DNA from: Nemertoderma westbladi
Lineage: Eukaryota; Animalia; Xenacoelomorpha
Assembly (NCBI GenBank): GCA_032718475.1
Contig: JAUCBJ010005720.1
Location: forward strand, 24,107 to 88,106
Length of the DNA stretch: 64,000 nt
Direction of reading: 5' to 3'
A model generated the notes under the pieces. That model was given only the letters and a program-made list of their open reading frames with translations, had not been told where the DNA came from and ran no database searches. Below are positions 13,684 through 25,505 of this stretch, one piece after another. The position numbers were made by a program, and so were the translations under genes. Numbering within the stretch: the first letter of the stretch is position 1; every line of letters starts with the position of its first letter.

Positions 13684-13965
13684 GTAACAGTTATAGCTTC
13701 TTGATTGTGGCGTAAGCAATCAAGTTGATAGTACCGGTCGACCGGTAACCAGTAGGCCTGACTACCTGATCATCCGGACCGGTACTTACAGCAGTATAGG
13801 TACATCAGTATTATTTCGATTGTGATATATTGTATATTTTAGGCTCTTAGGGGATTAGGGATTGATCACCCCTTATTCCTTTGTATGGTTTACTTATTTC
13901 TGTCAGTTTTATTTACTAGTAGGCTAATATTGAGCAGAAGACGTGTAAACCTGCTCAGATTGTAC

Positions 13966-14545
13966 AGATAATTTGTAGGCTGGACTGTTGTCTAACTGTT
14001 GTTAAGTCTGAACGGATTGCAGTGTGTGTAGAGCATCTGTCCGATAAAGTGCTAGTTAGGAACGTAGGGGCTTCAAGTGCTGTGAGGTAAACCCCCTTTG
14101 AAAGAATAAGTCGTACTACTAGGTTAGAACGCATACTAACTAATCATTTCGGAGTCTGCATATACTGTAGTTTATTTAGGCTTGATAGTAGTCTGCCATC
14201 GTTTGGTCTGTACTTTGTTTGTGTAGTCTGTACGGGTAGCGTATAATTTTTATTTAGATAATTTGTAGGCTGGATAGTTGTCTGGCTGTTGTTGAGTCTG
14301 AGGAGATTTCGGTGTGTGTAGAGTGTATGTCCGATAAAGTGCCAGTTGGGAACGTAGGGGCTTCCAGTGCTGTGAGGTAAACCCCCTCTGAAAGAATAAG
14401 TCGTACTACTAGGTTAGAACGCATACTAACTAACCATTTTGGAGTCTGCATATACCGTAGTTTGTTTGGGCTTGATAGTAGTCTGTCAGTATTTGGTCTG
14501 CATTTTGTTTGAGTAGTCTGTACGCGTAGCGTAATATTTATTATT
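13966..14545 (+). repeat. 290-bp direct tandem duplication in the BEL1 leader
   Basis: AGATAATTTGTAGGCTGGA starts at 13966 and 14256, and the two copies are similar along their length. Confidence 0.85.
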
Positions 14546-15812
14546 CAGAGTTTATGCGATTATTCGCAACATTCATTCCCCAAGTTTATTCCTACAGTAA
14601 TTGTGCTTGTTATATATACCGTTACAGTTAAACTAACCCCGGTACTACATCAGGGCTGCTTGGCGTAGGTAAAGACTGGTGATTTTGTGCACCGGTCACT
14701 CCAGCAGATACCGTGGTTCTTTTGGCTGTTCAAGTATTTTAACTACTGATTATTTGTTATATAAGTACTTGTACCTAATTTAGGGTTTGGTGTACAGTGC
14801 TTTCCGAAGGTGATTAGTGTGTGGGCAGTATATTTGTGTTGTAAAGTGGTTAATAGGCACGTTGGTTCTGGTAGACCGCGGTAATTAACTTCTGGGTAGG
14901 AACACTCTGTGATACATAACGTAGTACTTATAGCGATACGGCTATAAGTCGTCAGATGGTGGTATTTTCCTATCTGGACAACGCAGTATATTTACTACTA
15001 CTTATTATTTTCAAATACCGTAGTACCCTGTCCGTTGTAATAACCAGATATTCTAACCCTTTGTTAGGCTGGTTTGTAGACTTCTTGTAAAATTACCCTA
15101 AAAATTCGTACTTGTAAATTTTTGTGTTTATTTAGAGATTGTAATCTCAACCCGAATTGTACGTAATTTGTAGTATTAAGTAACTTAGGTTAAATTAGAA
15201 TTATTTGTTTTAGTGTCCAACAAGTAGCACTCCACTGAGAGCGCACAGCTTCTGTGTAGTGACTCCCCCCAGAAATAATAACATTTATTTCAAATATTGA
15301 CAAAACCCATTTTAACGGGTATATATATATTATAAATCAACTCAAACGATTTATAAATAGTAGGCCTGCCATACATCAATTAGGTCTAAATGTCAGTTGG
15401 ACTACTGCTTAAATAGCGGTAATAAAGTAAGTTAAAGTAACCAAGTAACCCCTGAAATTTCAGAAATTCAATTATTCTAAAATAATTGACATACCGGTAT
15501 TTACAATCGGCTTATTATATTTATTTCTATAAATTTAGGCTGAAATTATACCGGTATTCTGTAATTAATATTAATTCTAGTCTGTAATTATACTTATATA
15601 TATACATTATAAGTGTAAGCTGTATACCGGTATTCACGATAGGCCTATTATATATTTATAAATTTAGGCTGAAATTATACCGGTATTCTGTAATTAATTC
15701 TAGTTAATAATTATACTTATATATACTATAGGTGTAAACTGCATACCGGTATTCACGATAGGCCTATTATATATTTATATATACTTGTGCTGAAAGTACA
15801 TACCGGTATTCT

Positions 15813-17054
15813 GTGACAAATCTAGTCTGTGACAATACTTATATATATATTTCTCAATGGCCCGACAGCTCCAGTAGTGAGGATACTGTAGAGCTGACAC
15901 CCGAGCGCGGAGCAAAGATGACGGATGCGGTTTATTCGGATCCCCATCTCATCCTTCCTGCGGCCGTACTCACTAGGTTATTGATTGCGGTGGAAGAACA
16001 CCAGATCGATTGGGCGAGAAGTAAGCGATCGACTAAAGATAGTTATGCGGGATATACAAGGGAAGAACTGAAGTCTATTGTCGAGTCGCAATGGAACTTC
16101 CCCGGACCCGGACTCCCGTTTGATTTATCAGAAGCTGCCTGGGAAGATATACACAGGATGGGAGTAACCAAGGAAACCGTCGATCCAGCTGTGTGGAAGA
16201 GGTCCGCAGCCGGATACGTACAGGGATTCGTAAGCTCTATGGAGCGAGTAGAAAAACAACTGTTTCAACAACCCCAAGGACCTCAAGAGCAGGGACAACT
16301 GCTTTATCAAGTTAGAGAAAGAATTCTACGAATCAGGCTAATCTTATCAGCCTTTGAGGAGGCTTCTAAAAGAAGACAAGACACGTCGTTGCAAGTTGCC
16401 GTAAAGACTTGGTTTCAACGGGTGAGCCTCAGGGTGCAGGGAACGACTCAGTGGAAAGCCCAACTGGATGAGCGCTCAACCCATGGAGAATCAACAGACG
16501 CTACTTTTTCCCAAGTGGAAAGTGAAGCGACAGCAGAGAAGCCGCATAAGAGGGATGCCATTGACATCTATCTGTCGGACTATCAACGTTTTGTAGGAGA
16601 TGAAGAGTTGAGGAGAAGACTAGAGGGGCTTAGCCCTAATAGTGAAGGAGCCCAGCGTGTGTTGGACGCAATCGATGTGGATAGGTTAGCTGCGAACCAA
16701 GCTAAATTCAATGAAAGCATCCTCATCGCTAAGGTTCAAGAAGAACAAGTAAAGAAAAAACGTATAGAAGACAGAAAGATAGCAGCAGTGGCAGCAGCAG
16801 TGGCAGCGGCAGAAGCGGAAAGAAAGGCTGTAGAAGTGGAAAGAAAAGCAGCCGAAGTGGAAAGAAAAGCGGCAGCGGCAGTGGCAGAAGCAGAACGAAA
16901 GGCGTCTGAAGAGACTGTCCAACTAGAGTTGGAAAATCTTCAAGAGAAGCAAGACAACTTTAATAAACAGTTAAAAGCTAGTAATATGCAGATGATGAAT
17001 CGATCTACTCCCAAGAGGCAAGGTTATACATCAAGGCGATACCACAGATCATGA
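15813..17054 (+). pseudogene. BEL1 gag N-terminal region (coiled coil, AAEAERK repeats), separated from the rest by a stop/frameshift
   Basis: 413-aa open frame inside the element, directly upstream of the gag-PR ORF. First ATG is at 15918. Confidence 0.65.
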
Positions 17055-17094
17055 AGGCGGAGGAAATCAATCTCGCCTAAGCAGACGTAAAAGA

Positions 17095-20000
17095 ATGTCC
17101 CACCGTGAGAAATTGCCTGATTTGCCCCCAGCTGTTCGAAGGCAACTAAATAACACAAATTTAGGTAGTACAGAACCCACAGACCAAATAATTAAAATAG
17201 AAAGACTCCCTACTATAGTAGATGAGCCTGAAATAATTAGGCCTGTTCTTGAAATCACCCCTTCGGTGATAGAAACGCCTGTACTCCCAGAACCTACCTT
17301 TAAATTCCCTTTATACAGCACCAAATTATCTGTGCCTAGAGGAACAGCCCCTGAAACAGTGTCGGTCCTGGACTCCGAGCGAAATATAAAGGATATATCG
17401 CCCGTAGTCCCTCGTCTGCCCGCTACGACGTTGGCGGATCCTGCTTCGGCGGTTGATTGGGTAGACGAGAGACGGCGGGGGATGGATATTCTCCTCGGAA
17501 AGATGGAGGAGAATCGAGTGCGCTCCTCCCAACAGGTCCGAGAGTTAGAAGGGACTGTTCAACAGTTAAAGGGAACCGTAAAGGAAAGTAGGTTAGAGTT
17601 GCAAGAAGTGCAGCAAAGTATCGCGCTAGAACGCGATAAATTAGTAAATTTACAAAAGGGTATACCACCACCCCCGGTAACAATGTGTCAACCTGTTAGG
17701 TCTGAAGTATCTCATGCGCAAGGTGTGGAGCCTACACGCATATATACTGCTAGCGAAGTAGAAACTCCTATAGTGAACCCTATTAAGGGTAATTATAGAC
17801 ATGTTGATAATGATATTCCCTATAGACCTGATCATAATCCGAGAAATTTATATACCGATACCTCGATATTAAATAACTCGATGGCCCAAGAAAGTTTTAC
17901 GCGTCAAATGGCTAGAACCGAAGCCCGGCAAGAGGTAAAGGTGGGAGAGATCGTCAAGTTCAATGGAGATGAGATGAAATGGTTACCTTTTAATGAATAT
18001 TACAAAGATAACATACAGAACTCTGTACTATCTAATGGAGAGAAACTTAGATTCCTCATCGAGTGCTTGGAAGGATCTCCCAAGTTAATGGCGTTAAAGT
18101 TTATTGGACATCCAGACGGATTAAGACAAGTTTGGGATACCCTAAACATCAGGTATGGTAATAGGACTAACATAGCTAGGTATTTATATGCGAAATTAAT
18201 GGCGCCCCGAAAGTTTCTTAGCAGCGGGATTATAGAGTTTTCTGACGATATTCAGGAGATCTGTAGACAACTAGATTGGTTAGGTAAGTCTCATGAATAC
18301 CAGAATTCTATGGTTGTAGGAGCCTTAGCATCTACTTTGCCCAAGGGTGGAGTAGGTACACGCTGGGATAAGAAAGTGTTATATATGATGGAACAACAAC
18401 GACGAGACCCTACCATGGCTGATCTCATGTCATTCTTAGATGGAGAAGTGAAATTACAGCTCCTAAGGCAGTCCAGAGAGAAGACACCAGAAAACAAGGT
18501 AAGTGAGAAACCCGTTTCTAGGAGAAGGGTAATACCAGTGTGTTATACCGACGACAGCGAAAGCCAGGCTTCTCAAGAGGAAGACAGCGGGAAAGACACT
18601 GAAAGATCTTACTATGACAACAAAGCGACTAAGGACGTAAGTAAATTCAAGTCTCGAACCAATGACAGGAGAGAACAAGTAAGAAAAACTCCTCCTACGT
18701 CTCCTAAGAGAATTCAAGTAAGAAAGCCCGAAGAAAGAACGAGTGTGCACAACGTTACTCAAAGTAAGGTAAGTAACATCAAACCAAAATGTGTGCTGTG
18801 CGACGGGCCCCACCGTTTGAATATGTGTGATAAATTCCTAAAGAAATCATTAAAGGATAGACGTGAAGTCATGTGGGATAAGCGGTTGTGTTATAATTGC
18901 CTCAGACGAGGACACCAACGGCGAACCTGTTACTCCGACGCAAGGTGTGCAAAGTGCAGCGCAAAACATCATATCTTGTTGCACACGGAATTCGAACGAA
19001 ACAGCCCGAGTCAGGTAAGTGAGTCCGAACTACATGTCCAATTCAGTGATGTGAACGACACTGACCAATATTCTGAGATGGAAGGATCCTATTCGGACGA
19101 ATTCTCCGACGAAAACGAATCCTGTTACCTGACAAATACCGCAGTGTATCGAGCACTTACGTATGAAAAGGACACCGACAGCGACCTCACCCTAACTACT
19201 TCTGATCGACAACCATATTGGAAAGCGCCACCTTCCAATGTAGGAATCCGAGAATTTCCTGTAGTACAGGTAAGGGTCCCTGGACCTAAAAGGAGTTATA
19301 TAGTGAACGCCCTCCTTGACTCCGGTAGCACAGGAACATTCATCGACAAAGAACTAGCCGAAGACATCTTTGCTGGACAACCCAAGTTCCGAACTAAGCT
19401 AAACATGTCAGGAATTATGCAGGTTTGGAAATCTATCGTAATAGCGGATTATTATGTAGGCGCGTTGTCCACCCCCCAGGATGAACTAGGAGAATACAGC
19501 ATAAGGTCAGTAAAAATGGTAGCGATAAAGAACTTCGCGACCAGCCAAGTGGAACCTTATAACTGGGATGAGGACGATTTCACCCAGCAGTTTGGAATAC
19601 CTAGATTCAACACCGATTACCCTGGAGTCCAAATACTCATCGGTCAAAATGCGCATGAAGCGCTCGAGACATTGGAGAAACGGCCTGCTCAACCGCAACC
19701 TCTGCAAGTTTATGCGGGAAGAACTAGAGTAGGTTGGTACTTTACTGGCCCTTCTCGTAGAACTCTTATGGAAAGATTACCAAAAGAACAGGTATATCAA
19801 TTAAGTGAACGGGAAGTGGAGAGCAGTGAAGTTGACGACCCAACTGAGGGAACACCATACTCCTCAGATAATGACGACATCAACTCCAATGTAGATCAAT
19901 GGAGACATTGTCCCGAGACGATCAATCTAGCCGACATCGCTTCCAGAGGAGCAACTCCTCAAGAACTTACAGATACTCCAGACCGGTTAGGTGGACCCGA

Positions 20001-20220
20001 CTTCCTAAGTAAAGAAGATGAATGGCCTCCTCATCTTACCCCGGTGAAGATTAGACAGGCCAAGGGAGCGGAGAAAGTAACACAACCACTCAATCGCCCA
20101 GCTGGTCGTTTCTGTTTACCGGAAAGAGACCGAAAACTGTCCGGAAACTATGGAAGGCAAGATACTCTTCCCACGACCACCTCCCTAATCCAACAAATAT
20201 CTAGGGACTCCATAACGTAA
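17095..20220 (+). CDS. BEL1 gag-protease polyprotein fused in frame to an RNase H C-terminal remnant
   Basis: DUF1759-like FNGDEMKWLPF/EKLRFLIECLEG. Knuckles CVLCDGPHRLNMC, CYNCLRRGHQRRTC, CAKCSAKHHILLH. Protease ALLDSGST. It then jumps to QWRHCPETINLADIASRG...GPDFL. Confidence 0.88.
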   Translation: MSHREKLPDLPPAVRRQLNNTNLGSTEPTDQIIKIERLPTIVDEPEIIRPVLEITPSVIETPVLPEPTFKFPLYSTKLSVPRGTAPETVSVLDSERNIKDISPVVPRLPATTLADPASAVDWVDERRRGMDILLGKMEENRVRSSQQVRELEGTVQQLKGTVKESRLELQEVQQSIALERDKLVNLQKGIPPPPVTMCQPVRSEVSHAQGVEPTRIYTASEVETPIVNPIKGNYRHVDNDIPYRPDHNPRNLYTDTSILNNSMAQESFTRQMARTEARQEVKVGEIVKFNGDEMKWLPFNEYYKDNIQNSVLSNGEKLRFLIECLEGSPKLMALKFIGHPDGLRQVWDTLNIRYGNRTNIARYLYAKLMAPRKFLSSGIIEFSDDIQEICRQLDWLGKSHEYQNSMVVGALASTLPKGGVGTRWDKKVLYMMEQQRRDPTMADLMSFLDGEVKLQLLRQSREKTPENKVSEKPVSRRRVIPVCYTDDSESQASQEEDSGKDTERSYYDNKATKDVSKFKSRTNDRREQVRKTPPTSPKRIQVRKPEERTSVHNVTQSKVSNIKPKCVLCDGPHRLNMCDKFLKKSLKDRREVMWDKRLCYNCLRRGHQRRTCYSDARCAKCSAKHHILLHTEFERNSPSQVSESELHVQFSDVNDTDQYSEMEGSYSDEFSDENESCYLTNTAVYRALTYEKDTDSDLTLTTSDRQPYWKAPPSNVGIREFPVVQVRVPGPKRSYIVNALLDSGSTGTFIDKELAEDIFAGQPKFRTKLNMSGIMQVWKSIVIADYYVGALSTPQDELGEYSIRSVKMVAIKNFATSQVEPYNWDEDDFTQQFGIPRFNTDYPGVQILIGQNAHEALETLEKRPAQPQPLQVYAGRTRVGWYFTGPSRRTLMERLPKEQVYQLSEREVESSEVDDPTEGTPYSSDNDDINSNVDQWRHCPETINLADIASRGATPQELTDTPDRLGGPDFLSKEDEWPPHLTPVKIRQAKGAEKVTQPLNRPAGRFCLPERDRKLSGNYGRQDTLPTTTSLIQQISRDSIT

Positions 20221-23200
20221 CAACATACGGAGTGGGTGTGTGACTATATTATTTTATATTTATTTTATTATTTTATATTATGTATGTATTATTATGTAAT
20301 TTTATTATAATCGTTTTATTTAATTTTATTCAGTAGAATGTTATTTTAGCGATTATTTAGTAGATTAGTGCAATATATTCGTGTTTATTACGTAATTACT
20401 TATATTATATATTTAGTGCGACGGCGAGAAATAATTCTTTTTCTCTTTCCTTACTGCCCGTATTACATTACGAATACGTAACTATAGTAAAATGAAATGT
20501 CTGTACTTATTAAAGTACAATAAAGCCACTACTATATTCAAGTATTATTGGTAGGCAGAGTATTAGGAATGCAAAGTTCAGATCCTCGTGTCTCGGCTAA
20601 ACCAAGCTCTGTGTAGACCTTGGAAACGACTTGCCTCTTCTCACTGACATTGCTTCGTGCGATATTGCTCTCATACCATATATAATAATACATATAGTAG
20701 CGTGATATCCCTATAACAGTAGCGTAAAACGCAAATAAATCTGTTAAACCTTTGACCATCTGTAACTCTAGTCGATTAAGATATCGCGGCACCCACCGAT
20801 ATACTTGAAAGACAAATTTTAGAATCAGTGGTTAACGTCCCCAGACAAGTTCTGGAATAAACCGGTGCCCATCCTAAATATTAATTATTAATATTTACAA
20901 AATCTGTCAAATTTTAGATCCTTTAACATTCTAGTCGATTAAGATATCGTAGCACTTACCGATACTCTTAAAAGGACAAATCCCTAGAATCAAGGATCCC
21001 AGTCCCCAGACTTGTTCTGGAATAAAATTGTGTCTATTTAATATTAAATAATAAAATTACGGGAATAAATTTAATTTCATCTTTTAATGAATTTGATAAA
21101 TTGTTATTTTATACAATTTATAATATTCCCAAAATTCCATTAATTAATAGATCATGGGAGCGGAGATTCACCTCTTAAGTGTATTAATGTGCGAGAATCT
21201 CCAATATAGAGTCAATAGCCGATAAAATTCATAAAATCATATATAAAGATGATATTGACCATTAAAGACTTACTATTAAATAGCATCCCAGATCTGTATG
21301 CATGGGAATTACCCTAATTCTACCGCTAGCTTTCCATAATGTCACCATAGTAACAGCCACGCTAGAATTAGAAGTGAGTTAAAAGAACAATAAAAAGCTT
21401 GCCCATTGAATAGCATACGGAATAAATAGCACACCGCTAGTATCCAAGGATACATAATAACAACGTGACATTCTGGAAGGCACTTGACTAACGGACAAAT
21501 GACCCGAATGTGTGATAGAATGTGTACCATTTGTGACAGTTACGTGGAATTTGTGCGTTTGTAGTTGAATGTTACTACTAAGGTGTGTTTACAGTAGCGA
21601 GTCGCAATTGTGAAAGTAGCCCTAACTCTCCAGTAAGAACCTGAAGTATATCTAAGCCTTTGGGACGGACGGTGGAGTGACTTGTGCTGGTTGTTGTAGT
21701 CGTTGTGCAGCTACGACGTTGGCGATAGGCACATCGACGAAAGTACACCAGCGCTGAGGATCTTGCACTGTCCGGGGGAAGAGAGGGGCAGGCAGCAACG
21801 CCCGCTAGCCTAAATATAAACTCATTATAATATTAATAAACTCATATAGCAGATATGATTGAGTTGATAGATGATGATCTTGGTATCAGGGAGCGATATA
21901 CTCTACCTTTACAAGCGTTTGTTGATAGCTTGATACGCGGCGACGCTGGTCCAACTACTACGGAGGACGATGGTCATTATATCTAACCGCCAATCTCCCG
22001 GGAGCAACTTGCGCGTGGGTTAGACTGTAGAAAATTTACCGCTCGCTATACGCATCGTAATGGTATGTATATGGACTTCTTAACTACTGGTCATCCTATC
22101 GACCTACACGATACGAACGATATAGACACCAAAAGGGAAATGGTTTTATTTAAATATCCTACCCAGCGGAAGCGGAACGATAAACTGAAACTCGAACACG
22201 AAAATTCTATTCGAAACCGACTCGAAAGTGCAGATGTTGAGGAGCCGGATAAACACAGCGACTTCACCAAATACCTGGAATTCTTGAGAGAAACCTATCT
22301 AGATATTACCAGTCAACAGAATCTAGAAACTCGATATCCTCAAGGTATAACTCATGACCGCATGGTAGAACTCAAACGGCTCTATTCCACAGATGTATCT
22401 TACCGCCGATCGACCGCTACCTGTTGTACTGGATAGCTTCGAACAGATGGAGGAAATTTGTAAAACTGGAGAACGATCACCCGCGTTTCCCCTACAAGAC
22501 GTGCGTCTTTGGTATTATTGCAATGAATGCCCAAGACCCAACCAACAAACGAAAAGACATAAACATCCGCGGAGACGTTGCTTTAAACACGGTTTTACTC
22601 GCTATATTTACGGGAGTTTCGAGCGAAACTTGTTCGATGTATCACCTACGCTCGTTCGACTCAGATGATCCTTAAATAAACCAATGATCAGAGTTTCGGA
22701 ATACTCGATCAGACCTCCTCATTCCCTAGTGAGACCTCAGACTCTTGATCCTATTAGTATGACGGATCCTCCCGAGCTGTACTCACTGCTCAAAGATCTA
22801 GTGTTACCTGAACAATTAGTCGGTGGCACCCGGTTGTGGGCTTCCTAGATATTAGCCCATCCTACCTAGCCGGATTGGGACGCGGACATTTAATATCGCC
22901 GTTTAACCCTTACTATCGTCCCGGCTTAACACGATATAACCTGTCACCAAAGTGGCGGAGAGCGTTGTACCAAATGAGTTAGACGCTATTCTACAAAGAT
23001 CAGAAAAGGAACTTACGCTTGTTCAGATAAACGTAAATTGCACTAGCAAGTCCAAGCGGTAAACAAAGTAACTATATCTCAGTTCGATCGGGAAATCCAG
23101 AATCTCTAAGAAGTTATCGAACTTGGACGATCCTATTCTCTGCGAGAGTTTTTGGATGAACGTATCCAGCTACGAGCGGAGGAAAATCAGCTCGAGGAGA

Positions 23201-23453
23201 AGCATATCGAAACGGCGGATACCTCGACCATAATCCTACACCTTCTGATGCAATCATATTGCCCCCTTCACCCAGGAGTTATGGCCCTCCTAGTAAAGTG
23301 GCTCCCCCCAAAGAGAAAAGGACTCTTGCTAGCCTCAAAAAACTGCGTAAACGCCGTCTGCGTAAGAAAGGCTAACTGTTTAGAGTATTTTTATATTTTA
23401 GAAACTGTGATTTGTTATATTTTATAGACTTAAATCCCATTTTCTGGGAGCGG

Positions 23454-24662
23454 TGTAAAGGCTTTTGCGGAATTGGCTGGTTATTTTCCCCGTAAAGTAC
23501 TCTGTAGTTGGTTTAACAGGCATAAAAGGCCGTGTCCTACTGTACTGGTGTTTTAGAGGACATAAAAGTAATTTCTTCTGTACGTGTACTTTAGCGGACA
23601 TAATCCACAATTCTATGATGCAAAAGCCGAAATACTCTTGAAACAGTGTAGTTACTATGACGATAGCTAATAGCTGAGCTGTACACGTGGAGCCTCTGCA
23701 CGGAGCCTTGGTTCTTTGTCCTGCTCAGCTTAAATGACGACATCTATCAGCTGTGTCCACGTCAGTTCGACCAATCAGAGATTTTCCCTTTGTGTAAAAG
23801 CTGTACAGCAGAATCCCATGATTCAGTACTGACGTTTCCCCCACGCCTAAGAACACCGGCCGTGGAATGTTTTCTAACATTAGAGCGTCTTTAATTATAA
23901 GAACACATAACTGTTACCGGCACGGTACAGCGGTACGAGACACTAAGAACACATAACGGTACGGTACGTATTGCACATTATTTACTGCTATTTGCTGTTT
24001 GTTATTAAATGTATCATTCGTTTGCATATTGTTATTTGGAGAATAACTATAAACGATCAGAAACCCCGATCTTCTTGATACACTAAGGTTAGAGAGACCG
24101 GCTACATATAGCAATTGCGACTTATATTATCGTGGTTTGTAGTGAATTGAATGCTATTTTATAGGCCCTACAAATGTCGGTTGCTATTCTCTTTATATAT
24201 GATTAAAATCAGTGACTATCGGCAATTCAGTGTGCAGCGGTGTGCAATAGTCTGTATGTGCTTGTCCGCGTAACAAAGCATCTCCTAAAGAATGCGCCTT
24301 ATGTGTAACTTATAATCCATTCCGTTGTGTTTAGTGTAAGCCATAGCTCTGTTTATATAGATAGAGCGCCACGTCCTAAAGGAACTGCTAATATTTCCCG
24401 AAAGTGAATAATATTTGTCAGAGATTATATATTAACGATCAATCGAATAGTACGGTAGGCCTGCACCGCAATCAAATTAAAGCATCCGAATCCAGTCTCC
24501 CGGGTATATCCAGCGGCGGGTGAATGGTCGCGCATAGACTGGCTTCGGCTAATGTTGGATTTATTTGTCTCAAATACTTGTCATAGGCTAAAGTCAATTT
24601 ATAACCTAGAAGACATATAGATTTGGCGGGTTAAACTGCCAAAGGTCTTAAAAGCGCGAACA
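23454..24662 (+). repeat. 3' LTR of BEL element 1 (1209 bp)
   Basis: Copy of the 5' LTR with extra 20-bp and 3-bp segments, preceded by a weak PPT (CTGGGAGCGG). Confidence 0.93.
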
Positions 24663-25505
24663 GGTGGCCTGAAGAAGACACGATCACCATCGCAGTTAAA
24701 CCGCAGATGGTGATAAACCAGGAACAAGCAACGAAGAGGATTTCCATCATTATGTCCGTCTATGATCCACCAGGACTCGTTGTACCGATCGCATTACAAG
24801 GAAAGATCATGTTCCAGAAATGTTGGACAGACAAACTTGATTGGGATAAACAACTACCACCAGCATTGCTTACCGACTGGATAAAGTGTACTTCCCAATT
24901 AGAAATCTTTACAGAATTGCAGATACCCCATTTGTACTTCCCGATGATTCCAGATACTCCAATATACGAGTTACATCAATTCTGCAATGCCAGCGAAACC
25001 GTTCCACACCTAAGTTGTGTGGCGTGGGTGGGGAGGGTGAGCCTATTCAAACTAGGCTCGTATTTTCTAGAACAAGACCAGCACCCATATCTGCACAGAC
25101 GGTACCCAGGATGGAGTTATCAGCGGCAGTACTCGCAGTTAAAGCGCACGCCAAAGTGATCAGTGCGCTGGAACTCACAATCGAACGAAATTATTTCTAT
25201 TCGGATTCAGAGGTGGTACTATGCCAACTATCAAATGAGTCAAGATGGTTCGTAACCATTGTAGCGAACCGGATAGAGGAAGTAAGAAGGTTTACCGAGT
25301 TAAGACAATGGAGATACGTTCCCACAGAAATGAATCCAACAGACTGTGCAAGCCGCGGATTATTCCCGGAAGAGTTTATAACAAGGTTCCACAACTTTTG
25401 GTTTTATGGACCAGAGTTCCTCAGACTGCCTGACAAGGAGTGGCCTTCAGAAATAGTTAACGGCCCTCATAGGGGGAAGAAACCAGAGGAGGTGGACGAC
25501 TATAA

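Larger units (their letters stand above)
12498..24662 (+). mobile_element. BEL/Pao LTR retrotransposon 1 (both LTRs, internally deleted, non-autonomous)
   Basis: TG..CA LTRs at 12498-13683 and 23454-24662, with 5-bp TSD GGTGG (12493-12497, 24663-24667). It carries BEL gag with three Cys/His knuckles and protease, but lacks RT and integrase. Confidence 0.93.

Noticed and set aside
13684-13700. Half-tRNA (Asn anticodon, CTGTTA) priming as the explanation for the odd PBS
   Set aside because: From memory only about 6 nt match, and it does not fit element 2, whereas self-complementarity fits both. A tRNA database search is still needed to exclude it fully.
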